Source: Thermoguttaceae bacterium (lineage in GTDB: Bacteria; Planctomycetota; Planctomycetia; Pirellulales; Thermoguttaceae). Taken from it: a stretch of DNA of 64,000 bases. The position numbers and the translations under genes were made by a program. Shown here piece after piece: positions 18,601-27,703 of the stretch. The DNA is taken from assembly GCA_017550965.1 (NCBI GenBank), contig JAFZNK010000333.1, positions 3,935 through 67,934 on the forward strand, written 5' to 3'. Under the pieces are notes generated by a model. It did no database searches. It was given only the letters and a program-made list of their open reading frames with translations, and was not told the origin of the DNA. Position 1 is the first letter of the stretch. Every line of letters starts with the position of its first letter.

Positions 18601-19188
18601 ATGAAGACGACAAAAAAACGAGACGCTTTCCTGTACGAGAGTATGGAAGCTACTGCGGTTAACGAACAACAATTGAAAGATTTTTTTGCTCGTTATGAAC
18701 CTGAGACGCTTGGAACGCTTTTTTTTCTTTTAGGTTCGGTAAAAGACGCTGAGGAAACTCTTGACGAAGTGTTTATGAGATGCTGGAAAAATAATCAAAT
18801 AGGCGACGTTAAAAACGTGCGCGTTTGGATTTTTCGCGTATTGTATTCAATCGTTTCGGAGAAAACGAAAAAGGATCGGATTCGAAAACGCAAAGAATTT
18901 GACGCTAGTTCATTGAGCGATCTTGACGAGAGTTCTTCCGACTATTCCTTTTTTGTTCGTATGCGGAACTTGATTTGCAGTTTGACGTTCATGGAACGCG
19001 TTGTTTTCCTTTTACGGCAAAACGGAACGTTGAGTTATCGGCAAATTGCTCAAACGACAAGCGAGTCAATCGAAAACGTCCAAAAGACGATGCAAACCGT
19101 TCTTAACAAACTTGGCGTTTTTTGGGAAAATGACAAGAATCGTATTGAGAAATCGCTTTCTGACGTCTTTTTAGAGACTTCGGTTTGA
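18601..19188 (+). CDS. ECF-type sigma-70 family RNA polymerase sigma factor
   Basis: 195 aa. The region-2-like segment is AEETLDEVFMRCWKN...VRVWIFRVLYSIV. The region-4 helix-turn-helix is FMERVVFLLRQNGTLSYRQIAQTTSESIENVQKTMQTVLNKL. It lies 40 bp after lepB. Confidence 0.75.
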   Translation: MKTTKKRDAFLYESMEATAVNEQQLKDFFARYEPETLGTLFFLLGSVKDAEETLDEVFMRCWKNNQIGDVKNVRVWIFRVLYSIVSEKTKKDRIRKRKEFDASSLSDLDESSSDYSFFVRMRNLICSLTFMERVVFLLRQNGTLSYRQIAQTTSESIENVQKTMQTVLNKLGVFWENDKNRIEKSLSDVFLETSV

Positions 19189-19211
19189 TTTTTTAGCTCT
19201 TGGAGTTTACG

Positions 19212-21878
19212 ATGTCTGCCGAATCTCCCAAAAGCAATTCACACGAAGAGTTTTTTAAGTTGTTGTTTGGTCTTCTTGACGAGGATAAGGCCGACGAACT
19301 GAGAACGCTTATTGCGACTGATTCCGACGTTGCGAAAGCGTATGACGAGACTCTAAAATTTGTCGATTTAACTGCTCGCGCTATTCGTATTGAAAGGACG
19401 GTTAATTCAGCTCTGGCAGGAGACGAGGTTATTGATTTTCGCTCTTTTGAAAGAGCTTCCGGATTTGCTTTTGACGCGGCGTCGGGTTCCTTTGAGGACG
19501 GAGTCTTTCGGCAATCTGAACGTCGTAAGAGACTCAAAATTGATAAAAGTGAAGAATCGGCTGACGGATCAAAAGCACGCAAGAATCCAAAGCGAATAAA
19601 AAGCAAAAAACAACGGAGTGAAAAGGATTTAGTCGCCAATCAACCTAATATGTCTAACCGATCATTCTATGAGTCGTTTTTCTTTCAGACGATAAAGAAT
19701 ATTGTTTCCAAGAAATTCGATTTTATTGGCGGCGCAGGGGAGATTTTCCGTAATCTTTCGTTGTTTAAAAAGCTTGTCTTTGCTATTGTTCTTTTTGGAA
19801 TAATTATTTCTATAAGCCTTGTTTGGCAAGAGATCAGATTGCGACGTTTTTTCAATGAAGACTATTATGTTCGAACGGCTGTTCCCGATGTTTTAGTTCG
19901 CGGCGTTCCGCAGTCAATAGTTGTTCTTACAAGAAATATACTTAACGAACCGCATCGGGTTTCCGTTCGTTTTGATTTAGTCGACGCTTCTACAAACGAC
20001 TTTGTTCTTTCTCATTCAGAGTGGAGCAACGCAGAAGGTTTGGTCTGCTACGATCTCACGAATACTGAAAGTTTTCCTGAAAAAGTCAAGTTAAAGGTTT
20101 CAGTAGGAACGAAAAACGATTTTTGCTTTGAACGCATTTTACAAGTAGTCAACTCTAATGGATTGACGATTGGCAGCATGGAGAATTGTTTTCCTACGAC
20201 GTCTCCCTTATCGGAAATTGGCTCCGAAAAGCGTTTGTTTGCATCTTACGTCGGACGAGAAATTACCAAACGGAAACTTGAAGAAAGGCTTCCAGTTTGC
20301 GCATATGAAGATATTCAAAAACAGCCGGAAGAACAGAACCCTTCTGATGGAGAGAAAACAGCTTCAACTTGTGTTTTCATAAGAATATATCCGGAACTTG
20401 GCAGATTGATAACGGGCTTTCCCAATACAGTCGGAGTCTTTTGCACAGATTCTCTCGGAAGACCAATTTCGGATAGGTTTACATTGTCGGACGACGAAGA
20501 ATTGGTTTCTTTCGAGACCGACGAGATGGGATACGGAGCGTTTGCTTTTACTCCGCTTGACGGTCGTCATTATTTTTTGTCAAACGATTCTTCTCGTAAA
20601 GTAACGTTGATTGAAAATCAGGCCGACTTCCGGGGTGAAAAAACGTCTCTGGAATCCATGGTTGATTCTGACCTTTCTGATATTGAATCAGGAGAGGAAA
20701 CAAAGGACGACGGCGTGGCTCTAAATGGGGCGCGACTTTCGATTTCGAACAACTCAAACGTTTATTTTCGGCCGCTGAAATCTATTTTTAGAGAAGACGA
20801 ATCGATTGAATTAGAGTTGTCTTCAACGAGTAAAGAATCCTTAATAGCGACAATTGATAAAAACGGTTCGCTTGTTTCGCAACGTCTAATTGACGTATCA
20901 GACGGTAAGAAAATTGTTTCGATTCCATTATTGCCGCAAATTGGCGGGCTCTTAAAAATAGCCGTGTATAAGGTCATTGTGAACGAGTCTCTTCAAAGAG
21001 TAGGCGAGAAGTATGTTTTTAGGGATATCGAAGGCGGCGCGCCTCGCTTTACCTCTGAATGGCGTGCAAGCGAAAACGAAGTCGCCGATTCTTCAGACGA
21101 GATAAAGAAGAATCGATTAGTAGTTAATATTGAACGACGAATCCCATTTTTTGAAAAGGGAAGAAGGAAGGAATTCGTTGCCTACGACGAGCTTCCTATG
21201 ACGTTAGACGCATGTTGGACGTCGGATATCGATCGTGTTTGTTCGGCGACGACGTTAGACGACGTCCTAAGCGAATGTTCTGACCCATTGCGAGAAAAGG
21301 TCTTGGCGACGTCTTGTTGTTCAAGAGGCGCTTCTCCGGTTTTAGCCGATAATTTGCGTCAAGTGAAAAGCGCCGCTAGTTCTAAACTTGAAGATTTTCG
21401 AAAGAAAGAGGCAAAGACGGTAGGGAGAATCGCGTCTTTGGGACTGTTAGTTTGCGCTGCTTTAGTCGTGCGGTCGTTTTTTTGGGTTGTGTTTGACGCA
21501 TTGTCGATTTGGAGAAGCTTGGTTGTCACGTCTCTGGCTTGTGTATTAGGTTTGTTTATTTGTTTGGAACCGAAGACGCTTGATTACTCAGCGGTTTTAG
21601 CTACAAGTTTAGGTCCCATTGAGAATCAGTCTTTATCGAGCGACGAGTCTTGGGATTATCTGGAATGTTTTGAAAGGGATTTCTCAGATAAAGTGGAATC
21701 AGAATCTCACGACATTGAGAATTTGTCATATACCCGTAAAGTTGGACCAGGAGAAACTGTAATTGACATAGGCTCCCTTGGGGTTAAGAAAGACGATTCG
21801 TCGGGATTTGTTTTCATTAGAGTAACCGACGATAAAAGGGGAACTTGGACAGTTGTTCCTTGGCCTGATCCAGAATGA
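19212..21878 (+). CDS. Large three-TM membrane protein in the anti-sigma position (putative non-zinc anti-sigma factor with a large extracytoplasmic region)
   Basis: The ATG at 19212 is preceded by GGAG, 23 bp after the sigma stop. The N-terminal ~60 aa (EEFFKLLFGLLDEDKADELRTLIATDSDVAKAYDE) resemble an anti-sigma N-domain but lack Cys/His ligands. TM1 is near 19760-19830, followed by an extracytoplasmic region of roughly 520 aa. Two further TMs lie near 21420-21575. Confidence 0.4.
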   Translation: MSAESPKSNSHEEFFKLLFGLLDEDKADELRTLIATDSDVAKAYDETLKFVDLTARAIRIERTVNSALAGDEVIDFRSFERASGFAFDAASGSFEDGVFRQSERRKRLKIDKSEESADGSKARKNPKRIKSKKQRSEKDLVANQPNMSNRSFYESFFFQTIKNIVSKKFDFIGGAGEIFRNLSLFKKLVFAIVLFGIIISISLVWQEIRLRRFFNEDYYVRTAVPDVLVRGVPQSIVVLTRNILNEPHRVSVRFDLVDASTNDFVLSHSEWSNAEGLVCYDLTNTESFPEKVKLKVSVGTKNDFCFERILQVVNSNGLTIGSMENCFPTTSPLSEIGSEKRLFASYVGREITKRKLEERLPVCAYEDIQKQPEEQNPSDGEKTASTCVFIRIYPELGRLITGFPNTVGVFCTDSLGRPISDRFTLSDDEELVSFETDEMGYGAFAFTPLDGRHYFLSNDSSRKVTLIENQADFRGEKTSLESMVDSDLSDIESGEETKDDGVALNGARLSISNNSNVYFRPLKSIFREDESIELELSSTSKESLIATIDKNGSLVSQRLIDVSDGKKIVSIPLLPQIGGLLKIAVYKVIVNESLQRVGEKYVFRDIEGGAPRFTSEWRASENEVADSSDEIKKNRLVVNIERRIPFFEKGRRKEFVAYDELPMTLDACWTSDIDRVCSATTLDDVLSECSDPLREKVLATSCCSRGASPVLADNLRQVKSAASSKLEDFRKKEAKTVGRIASLGLLVCAALVVRSFFWVVFDALSIWRSLVVTSLACVLGLFICLEPKTLDYSAVLATSLGPIENQSLSSDESWDYLECFERDFSDKVESESHDIENLSYTRKVGPGETVIDIGSLGVKKDDSSGFVFIRVTDDKRGTWTVVPWPDPE

Positions 21879-21976
21879 CTCTTTGGGAGAAATCCTCTGA
21901 CGCGTTAGGGTTGCGATATTCAAGACCGTTCAACCTGTTTCTGTCGACGAGATTTAGATTCGTTGGTATGTTTCTG

Positions 21977-23731
21977 CTATCGTCTCAATGTATAATTGTC
22001 TTGGTCTAGAGTCGCCGCCGTCGACGTAACGGGAAGGTGATTTAACGCGCTTTTAAATAGGGGCGTACGGAATACGTCTTCTTCTGTTGAGTCGACTAAC
22101 GCAAATAGCGGTCTTGCGTATGGCAAAACGCGTCCTGCCGTAGTTTGGGGCAGAAAGAATCCATATTTGACGTTTCCTTTTTCGTAACAAGCCACGATCT
22201 TGTTCGGATATTTTGAATCAAAAACAATCCCGTTTTTGTTCATCTTGAATTGTAATTCGAATTCGTTGAATGGAACAGAATCGTTGATGAAACGATAATT
22301 TAGCGCCGTAGAAGGAACAACTTCAAGACAGTTTGTCTTGCATAGTCTACTCAAGACGTCAGTAGGAACCGTTCCGTCCTGAATACAAATTGTTCCTGTC
22401 CCTTCGAACACGCCTTGACGTATCGTCCCTTTGTCGATAGATAGATCGGAGATCTTACCTGAGAACTCAGGAAGATTGGTTTGCGCGCTTATTGACGTCA
22501 AATCGCAGTTTTGAAAATGGGCGTCTTTCAACCGGACGCTCCAAAGAGGAATGTCGACTGTTGTTTTTTCGGTCTCTTTTTCTTCTATCTGCTGGAATTG
22601 CTCGGAACGAGCCGATACAAAACCATGTTCTGACGAAAAGAAATTTCCGACTAATTGCCCCGAAAACCAACAAGTCTGTCCAAATTGTTGGAAGAAGGGA
22701 ATAAATTGAGCCATTAATGAAACAGGAGTCGGAGCGTTGAAATCAATCTGGATAGAAGAATGGTCCTTGTCTGTTTCGATTGAAATGTAATGACGTGGTT
22801 CGCCCTCTTGATACAGCTTGTCAAATTCGAAAGTTGCGCCAACTCTGGCATTCCTTGTGCTGCCGACATAAAGAATTTTAATGTTATTAACGCAGGGGGC
22901 TTCCGACTCAAGCAACCTTATTTTTTCTTCTATTTCTTCATCGGACCGTTGTGGAGAAACAAGAGGTAAGGAAGACGAAGCCACGCTGAAATAAGCGGCT
23001 AATTCCTGATTTGATTTGCGGCTAATTTCTTGATTGGTTGGTAAAAAGATCTCGTTCGATTTGATGATGCGAAAGTTTCCGATTGCGAGACCAACAATTC
23101 TTTTGTTCTCTTTTGAAGTTGACGCCGCATGACGTATCAGGTTCATTAGCGTCGCTTTGACTTCTAAAAGCCGATCGTCGCGACACAAAAGAGTTGGAAC
23201 GACTATTAATGAGTATTTTTTTGTCGGCGACTCAAAAGCAGACGTAAGCGAAACGTTATTACTTTCATTTGAGAACAGTAGTTTTTCAAACGATTGACGT
23301 TTAATTTCCAAAGCTTTCTCGGAAGTATCGTCGACGAGACAATGAGAAGACGATTCATTTTCTTTGTTTGTTATGTCTGCGCTTGACGTCTGGTCAGAGA
23401 ATGAGTCAAAAGAAGACGCAAATTTTCTGATGAACTCCAGATTGTCCTCTTCAATTAGATAAACTTCCGGGCAAAAAGCGACGTCTTCATTGGATTCTGA
23501 CGAGAAGGACACGTTCAAGAATCTTTGCGCTCCTGGACGTAAATATTCTCGATTAGAAAAGTATAGACTTCCCTCTATAAATTGTGACAGACGAGGTTCT
23601 TTCGTGACTAGGGAATTGCTTGAGTTGCGTGCGAATAGCTTATAACCGACAAGAAAAAGCAACGACGGTCCCAAAAGAACAAACAGAACCAACGTCAAAA
23701 AACGCCGGGTACTATCATTCAGAACCGCCAT
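21977..23731 (-). CDS. Hypothetical N-terminally membrane-anchored protein
   Basis: The long ORF has normal-looking composition. The ATG at 23731 gives MAVLNDSTRRFLTLVLFVLLGPSLLFLVGYKLF (signal anchor). I recognise no motif. Confidence 0.5.
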   Translation of the reverse strand: MAVLNDSTRRFLTLVLFVLLGPSLLFLVGYKLFARNSSNSLVTKEPRLSQFIEGSLYFSNREYLRPGAQRFLNVSFSSESNEDVAFCPEVYLIEEDNLEFIRKFASSFDSFSDQTSSADITNKENESSSHCLVDDTSEKALEIKRQSFEKLLFSNESNNVSLTSAFESPTKKYSLIVVPTLLCRDDRLLEVKATLMNLIRHAASTSKENKRIVGLAIGNFRIIKSNEIFLPTNQEISRKSNQELAAYFSVASSSLPLVSPQRSDEEIEEKIRLLESEAPCVNNIKILYVGSTRNARVGATFEFDKLYQEGEPRHYISIETDKDHSSIQIDFNAPTPVSLMAQFIPFFQQFGQTCWFSGQLVGNFFSSEHGFVSARSEQFQQIEEKETEKTTVDIPLWSVRLKDAHFQNCDLTSISAQTNLPEFSGKISDLSIDKGTIRQGVFEGTGTICIQDGTVPTDVLSRLCKTNCLEVVPSTALNYRFINDSVPFNEFELQFKMNKNGIVFDSKYPNKIVACYEKGNVKYGFFLPQTTAGRVLPYARPLFALVDSTEEDVFRTPLFKSALNHLPVTSTAATLDQDNYTLRR

Positions 23732-23864
23732 GTAACCGTTCCAGCAAAGGGATAAACTAGTTTTGAGCAACTAACTTGCGCCAACTTTTTCATGTTATAG
23801 GAGATCGGTCGTGAAATAGGCTCTTAGCATTTGAACAACCGATCTTCTATTTCATGGATCGTAC

Positions 23865-25541
23865 TCATTGTATTTGAGAGTCGGCGACGTTTAATTCTTC
23901 TACAAACGCTTCAACTGAAAGAGGACTTCCCGTTGATTCTTTAACAAACTCTTCCCAAGGAAGCGAGTTGCCGGGCATGAACACTTTTTCTTTCAGTAAT
24001 TTGCCAAACTTCTCTGGATTTCCATTCGCCTGTTTTTCCAACGATTTTCTGACTTGCGCCCCATACAATTCGCCAAGCATGTAATTATGGTAATAAATCG
24101 GCGCAATGACGAAATGGGGCTTCGACGCCCAATCAGCTTTATTTCTCCCGTCTAAAGGATCTAGTCCCTGATAGCGCGACGTCATCTCTCCCCAGAGTTT
24201 GTTTAAATCTTGTTCAGGATTTTCGTACAACGCTTTTTCGAAGAATGTCATTACTAGCGTCCAGCGACAAAAAATAAGCTGTTCTCGTAAGCGTTGTTCT
24301 TGTAAGGCGGAGTTAACCTCCTGAGCGCGTTTTGGATCGACTCCTCTGTTTTCGACCAGCCACTGAGGATCACGCGCTTTTGCGCCAAATGTCATAGCGA
24401 TCCCCTCCGTGGTAAAAATGTGCGCGGCAGAACGAATGTTGCAGGGAAGGGTACGATCGAGATTGTAATCGTAAATGGCGTGTCCAAGTTCGTGAAGCTG
24501 AGTGTCCATCCATTCTGCGTCTGGTTTGATATTGCATAGAATTCGGACGTCGCCTTCAAGATTCATGTCGTTACAGAATCCGTGTTGCGATTTGCCTTCT
24601 TTTTCGAAGAGATCGCTGTTGTTGACGATCGGATTAACGTCAAATCCGAGTTTTTTATAATATTTGACAGAAATGTCGACAATATCTTCTTTTTCTATTC
24701 CTTGATAGAACTCGTTGACATTTAACGCGCTCGATGGAGGAGCCTGTTGGAAGAAGGGGTTGTCGTAATGCCAAGGCATGATCGTATCGACTCCAAACTT
24801 ATCTTTTAGTTCGCCGTCTAGCTTTGTTTTCATCTTATTGAAGAGCGGCGTCGTAAGACGATCAAGATCCTGGAAAATGTTTAGAAGTTCATCCGGCTGA
24901 AATTCTTGGAAAGAAACCGTCATTTCCCAATAGTTCTTGTAGCCCAATTCTTGTGCGGCCTGATTTCGAAGTTTGGCCAATTCGATCATTTTGGGCGCTA
25001 CTATTTCGCCAACCTGTTTCAAAGCGTCCCAAATTGCGTAACGCTTCTGGGAATCAGTTTCTTTTTCCAACATTGCGAGGAGTTCGTTGTTGGTATATTC
25101 AGTTCCCTCATACACCGCACGCTGGGTTTGAAAAATCTGTTCGATTTGCGATCCAAGATCGACGATTTTTTTGTTCAACTCGGGGGATATTTGGGATTGT
25201 TCGAAAGAACGCTCGGCGACATAAGCCGCTCTTTTTTCAGTAGGAGTTGCGTTGATTGCGGCAGCCCTTAGTTTTTTTAGTTCTTCGTATTTTGCTTTGT
25301 CGGCATGATAGTTCGACATCGCTAACGTCGCTTCTGACGATTTTTCGAACGCCTCTTCACTTCCGGTGATCATTGCGTCCCACCATGTATAGGAGATATC
25401 GCAATACATCTTTTTATAATCGTTTTGATATTGGTTCATAAAGGATGCAAGGCGTTCTTCTGCGTCGCCGGCGAAAGAAAACGAAATCATAACGCTCCCA
25501 ACTAACATTGAGCTGAACAGAACCCAAAAAGTGTTTTTCAT
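23865..25541 (-). CDS. Secreted gluzincin metallopeptidase, M2 (angiotensin-converting-enzyme-like peptidyl-dipeptidase) type; M3 oligoendopeptidase not excluded
   Basis: The ATG at 25541 gives MKNTFWVLFSSMLVGSVMISFSFAGDA (signal). HELGH is followed 25 residues later by a Glu (FTTEGIAM). The C-terminal LWGEMTSRYQGLDPLDGRNKADWASKPHF...YYHNY resembles the ACE W..LR.KYQG...FHI..PYIRYF segment as I recall it. Confidence 0.55.
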   Translation of the reverse strand: MKNTFWVLFSSMLVGSVMISFSFAGDAEERLASFMNQYQNDYKKMYCDISYTWWDAMITGSEEAFEKSSEATLAMSNYHADKAKYEELKKLRAAAINATPTEKRAAYVAERSFEQSQISPELNKKIVDLGSQIEQIFQTQRAVYEGTEYTNNELLAMLEKETDSQKRYAIWDALKQVGEIVAPKMIELAKLRNQAAQELGYKNYWEMTVSFQEFQPDELLNIFQDLDRLTTPLFNKMKTKLDGELKDKFGVDTIMPWHYDNPFFQQAPPSSALNVNEFYQGIEKEDIVDISVKYYKKLGFDVNPIVNNSDLFEKEGKSQHGFCNDMNLEGDVRILCNIKPDAEWMDTQLHELGHAIYDYNLDRTLPCNIRSAAHIFTTEGIAMTFGAKARDPQWLVENRGVDPKRAQEVNSALQEQRLREQLIFCRWTLVMTFFEKALYENPEQDLNKLWGEMTSRYQGLDPLDGRNKADWASKPHFVIAPIYYHNYMLGELYGAQVRKSLEKQANGNPEKFGKLLKEKVFMPGNSLPWEEFVKESTGSPLSVEAFVEELNVADSQIQ

Positions 25542-26262
25542 TTTTATAGCGTAAAATTTGTTTGAACGATTAATCTTGAACGGAGCATAAAAAACCAAGG
25601 AATACCGCTCGAAAAACAGGTTGCAGCCTGGTTCTCACGATCCCCGAGACCATGCCTCTTTTTAGCGTTATTTCCGGTTTCAGTCAAGATTGGTATTTCA
25701 TAGTCCCATGGAATCTTGATACGTTTTCGTGGAGATGCAGTTGTAATAAAAATACTTGTTAGTAAGACGAGTTCGTTTAGAAATTTTATTTATGCAAATT
25801 GTGCAAATTTTTCGGATTTTACTCATGATTTGGAGCGAAACGTTCGAAAACAAGGGTAACGGACTGGGCAATTTCTCAGTCGACTTTGGCGACGGCGGCG
25901 TAAGCTCCGCCTATGTTGGCATATTTTGGACGTTTTCTTAAAGAGGGGAACGTTCGTACGTCGATAGTAGGTCCGTGATGAAGAGCGTCTTGTTGAGGCG
26001 TTAGCCTTTGGCGCCGACGTTTTAGACGTTTTGATATTTCCAATTGAATTTTTCGAGTTCGTTTCCTCGTGGACGCCTACGTCAGTCATCGATTGAAGTT
26101 TGCGTTCTGGTTTGAGGATTCAATCGTTAGTTGAAATAGTCGGGCTTCTCGTTCTGTTCGTGAGGATGCGGCGGGATTTGCCTGGCAAAAAGTGTTTTTG
26201 AGGAATTGGCCCGGTTTCGGATGGAGCCGCGTTCGTTCGGTTGAGATGTAAGGACACATAAA

Positions 26263-27570
26263 ATGAAGAAAACGATAAAGACGTTCTTAGCGTGTTTATT
26301 GGTTTGCGGTGTAGCGGGCGGCTGCATGAGCATTCCGAACAGCGAGACGGTGTCGCCGAAGTATTTTAAGAATAAAAGCCAGGGCGCCGTCCGTAGCGAA
26401 ATGGAACAGATCAATTTCGTTAAGTTGCGAATGGACAAGCCAGCTGAAGAGCTTCTGGGCCCGAACGACGTTCTGGGTATCTACATCGCCGGTATTACAG
26501 GCAATCCGGAAGACGCTCCTCCGATTCATAATATTGGTTCTGCTACTGATAGGCCCGCTTCCGGCTATCCTTATGTCGTTCGTTCCGACGGCACGTTGTC
26601 CCTTCCGATGTTGACCGAACCGATCTACGTTGAAGGAATGACGCTGATTCAGGCTGAGGAGGCGATTCGTTCGGCTTACACGTTGAAACGTGAGATCGTT
26701 CGTCCAGACGCCAATATTTCTGTCTCTCTGATCAAGCCTCGTACGTATCACGTTACGGTTATTCGTGAAGATATTACCGGCGAGGATTTACGAAGTGGCT
26801 CGAATAATAGCTACAATAGGGGGGCCTCCTACATGGGAGGTATTGCGCGCGGTACTGCCAAGACTTTGGAATTGCCCGCTTATCGAAACGACATTCTGGA
26901 AGCTTTGAGTTTGACCGGCGGTCTTCCTGGTTTGAACGCCAAAAACGAGGTCGTTATTCTTCGCAAGGCTTATAGCGACGAGTTTAGCAGTAAAGACTAT
27001 ATGAACGACAACGGATACGCGATGAGCGAAGTCGAACGTCGTTATAACGAGACTGGTCAGATCAACAATTTGAACGAGGATCTCGGCGTCCTGCGCATTC
27101 CTCTTCGCGTCGCGCCTGGCGAACAACCCCCGCAGCTGACGTCGGAAGACGTTACCCTGTACGACGGCGACGTAGTTTATATTCAGTCTCGCGAAGCCGA
27201 GGTTTATTACACCGGCGGTTTGCTCAAAGGCGGCGTTTACCCGATTCCTCGCGACTATGACCTTGACGTGATGGGCGCGATTGCAACTGCCGGCGGTACT
27301 GTTGGCGCGGCTGCTGGTTCCTCTTACTCTGAGGCGAATGGAAAGGTGAGCAGTATTCTTCCCGCCAGCCGAATCTTGGTGCTTCGTGAAGTTAACGGAA
27401 GACAGTATGCGATCCAGATTCGTCAACGCGAGATGCTCCGCGATCCTTCCCAACGAATCCTGGTTGAACCGAACGACGTCATCTTGGTTGAGTACACTAC
27501 CGTAGAGCTTTGGTTTAACCTCTTCTACAATATGCTCAGCTTCCGAATCACTCCGAACGATTTCAAATAA
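26263..27570 (+). CDS. Polysaccharide export outer-membrane lipoprotein (Wza/Poly_export plus SLBB-like)
   Basis: MKKTIKTFLACLLVCGVAGGC is a lipoprotein signal. Poly_export-like motifs are present (GPNDVLGIYIAG, VRSDGTLSLPML, VEGMTLIQAEEAIRSAY), as is an SLBB-like segment (LYDGDVVYI). Confidence 0.8.
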   Translation: MKKTIKTFLACLLVCGVAGGCMSIPNSETVSPKYFKNKSQGAVRSEMEQINFVKLRMDKPAEELLGPNDVLGIYIAGITGNPEDAPPIHNIGSATDRPASGYPYVVRSDGTLSLPMLTEPIYVEGMTLIQAEEAIRSAYTLKREIVRPDANISVSLIKPRTYHVTVIREDITGEDLRSGSNNSYNRGASYMGGIARGTAKTLELPAYRNDILEALSLTGGLPGLNAKNEVVILRKAYSDEFSSKDYMNDNGYAMSEVERRYNETGQINNLNEDLGVLRIPLRVAPGEQPPQLTSEDVTLYDGDVVYIQSREAEVYYTGGLLKGGVYPIPRDYDLDVMGAIATAGGTVGAAAGSSYSEANGKVSSILPASRILVLREVNGRQYAIQIRQREMLRDPSQRILVEPNDVILVEYTTVELWFNLFYNMLSFRITPNDFK

Positions 27571-27665
27571 GATCGTCCAATTCAAAACCTAACGATAAGC
27601 CGACATGAACGGGCGGTTACTGACTTGCCCGTTTGTGGAGGCGCAAAGCGAAACGAAAAATTTGA

Positions 27666-27703
27666 AGACACGGACTTCCGTAAAGGAAGGACGTGTCTTT
27701 TTG
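27666..27703 (+). terminator. Rho-independent terminator after the Wza-like gene
   Basis: AGACACGGACTTCC (27666-27679) pairs with GGAAGGACGTGTCT (27685-27698): 7 bp and 5 bp stems around a small internal loop, with a GTAAA hairpin loop. It is followed by TTTTG. Confidence 0.6.

Noticed and set aside
26788-27585. 265-aa minus-strand ORF opposite the Wza-like gene; the same reasoning applies to 26296..26751
   Set aside because: The plus-strand frame carries a lipoprotein signal and Poly_export/SLBB motifs. The antisense frames are shadows.
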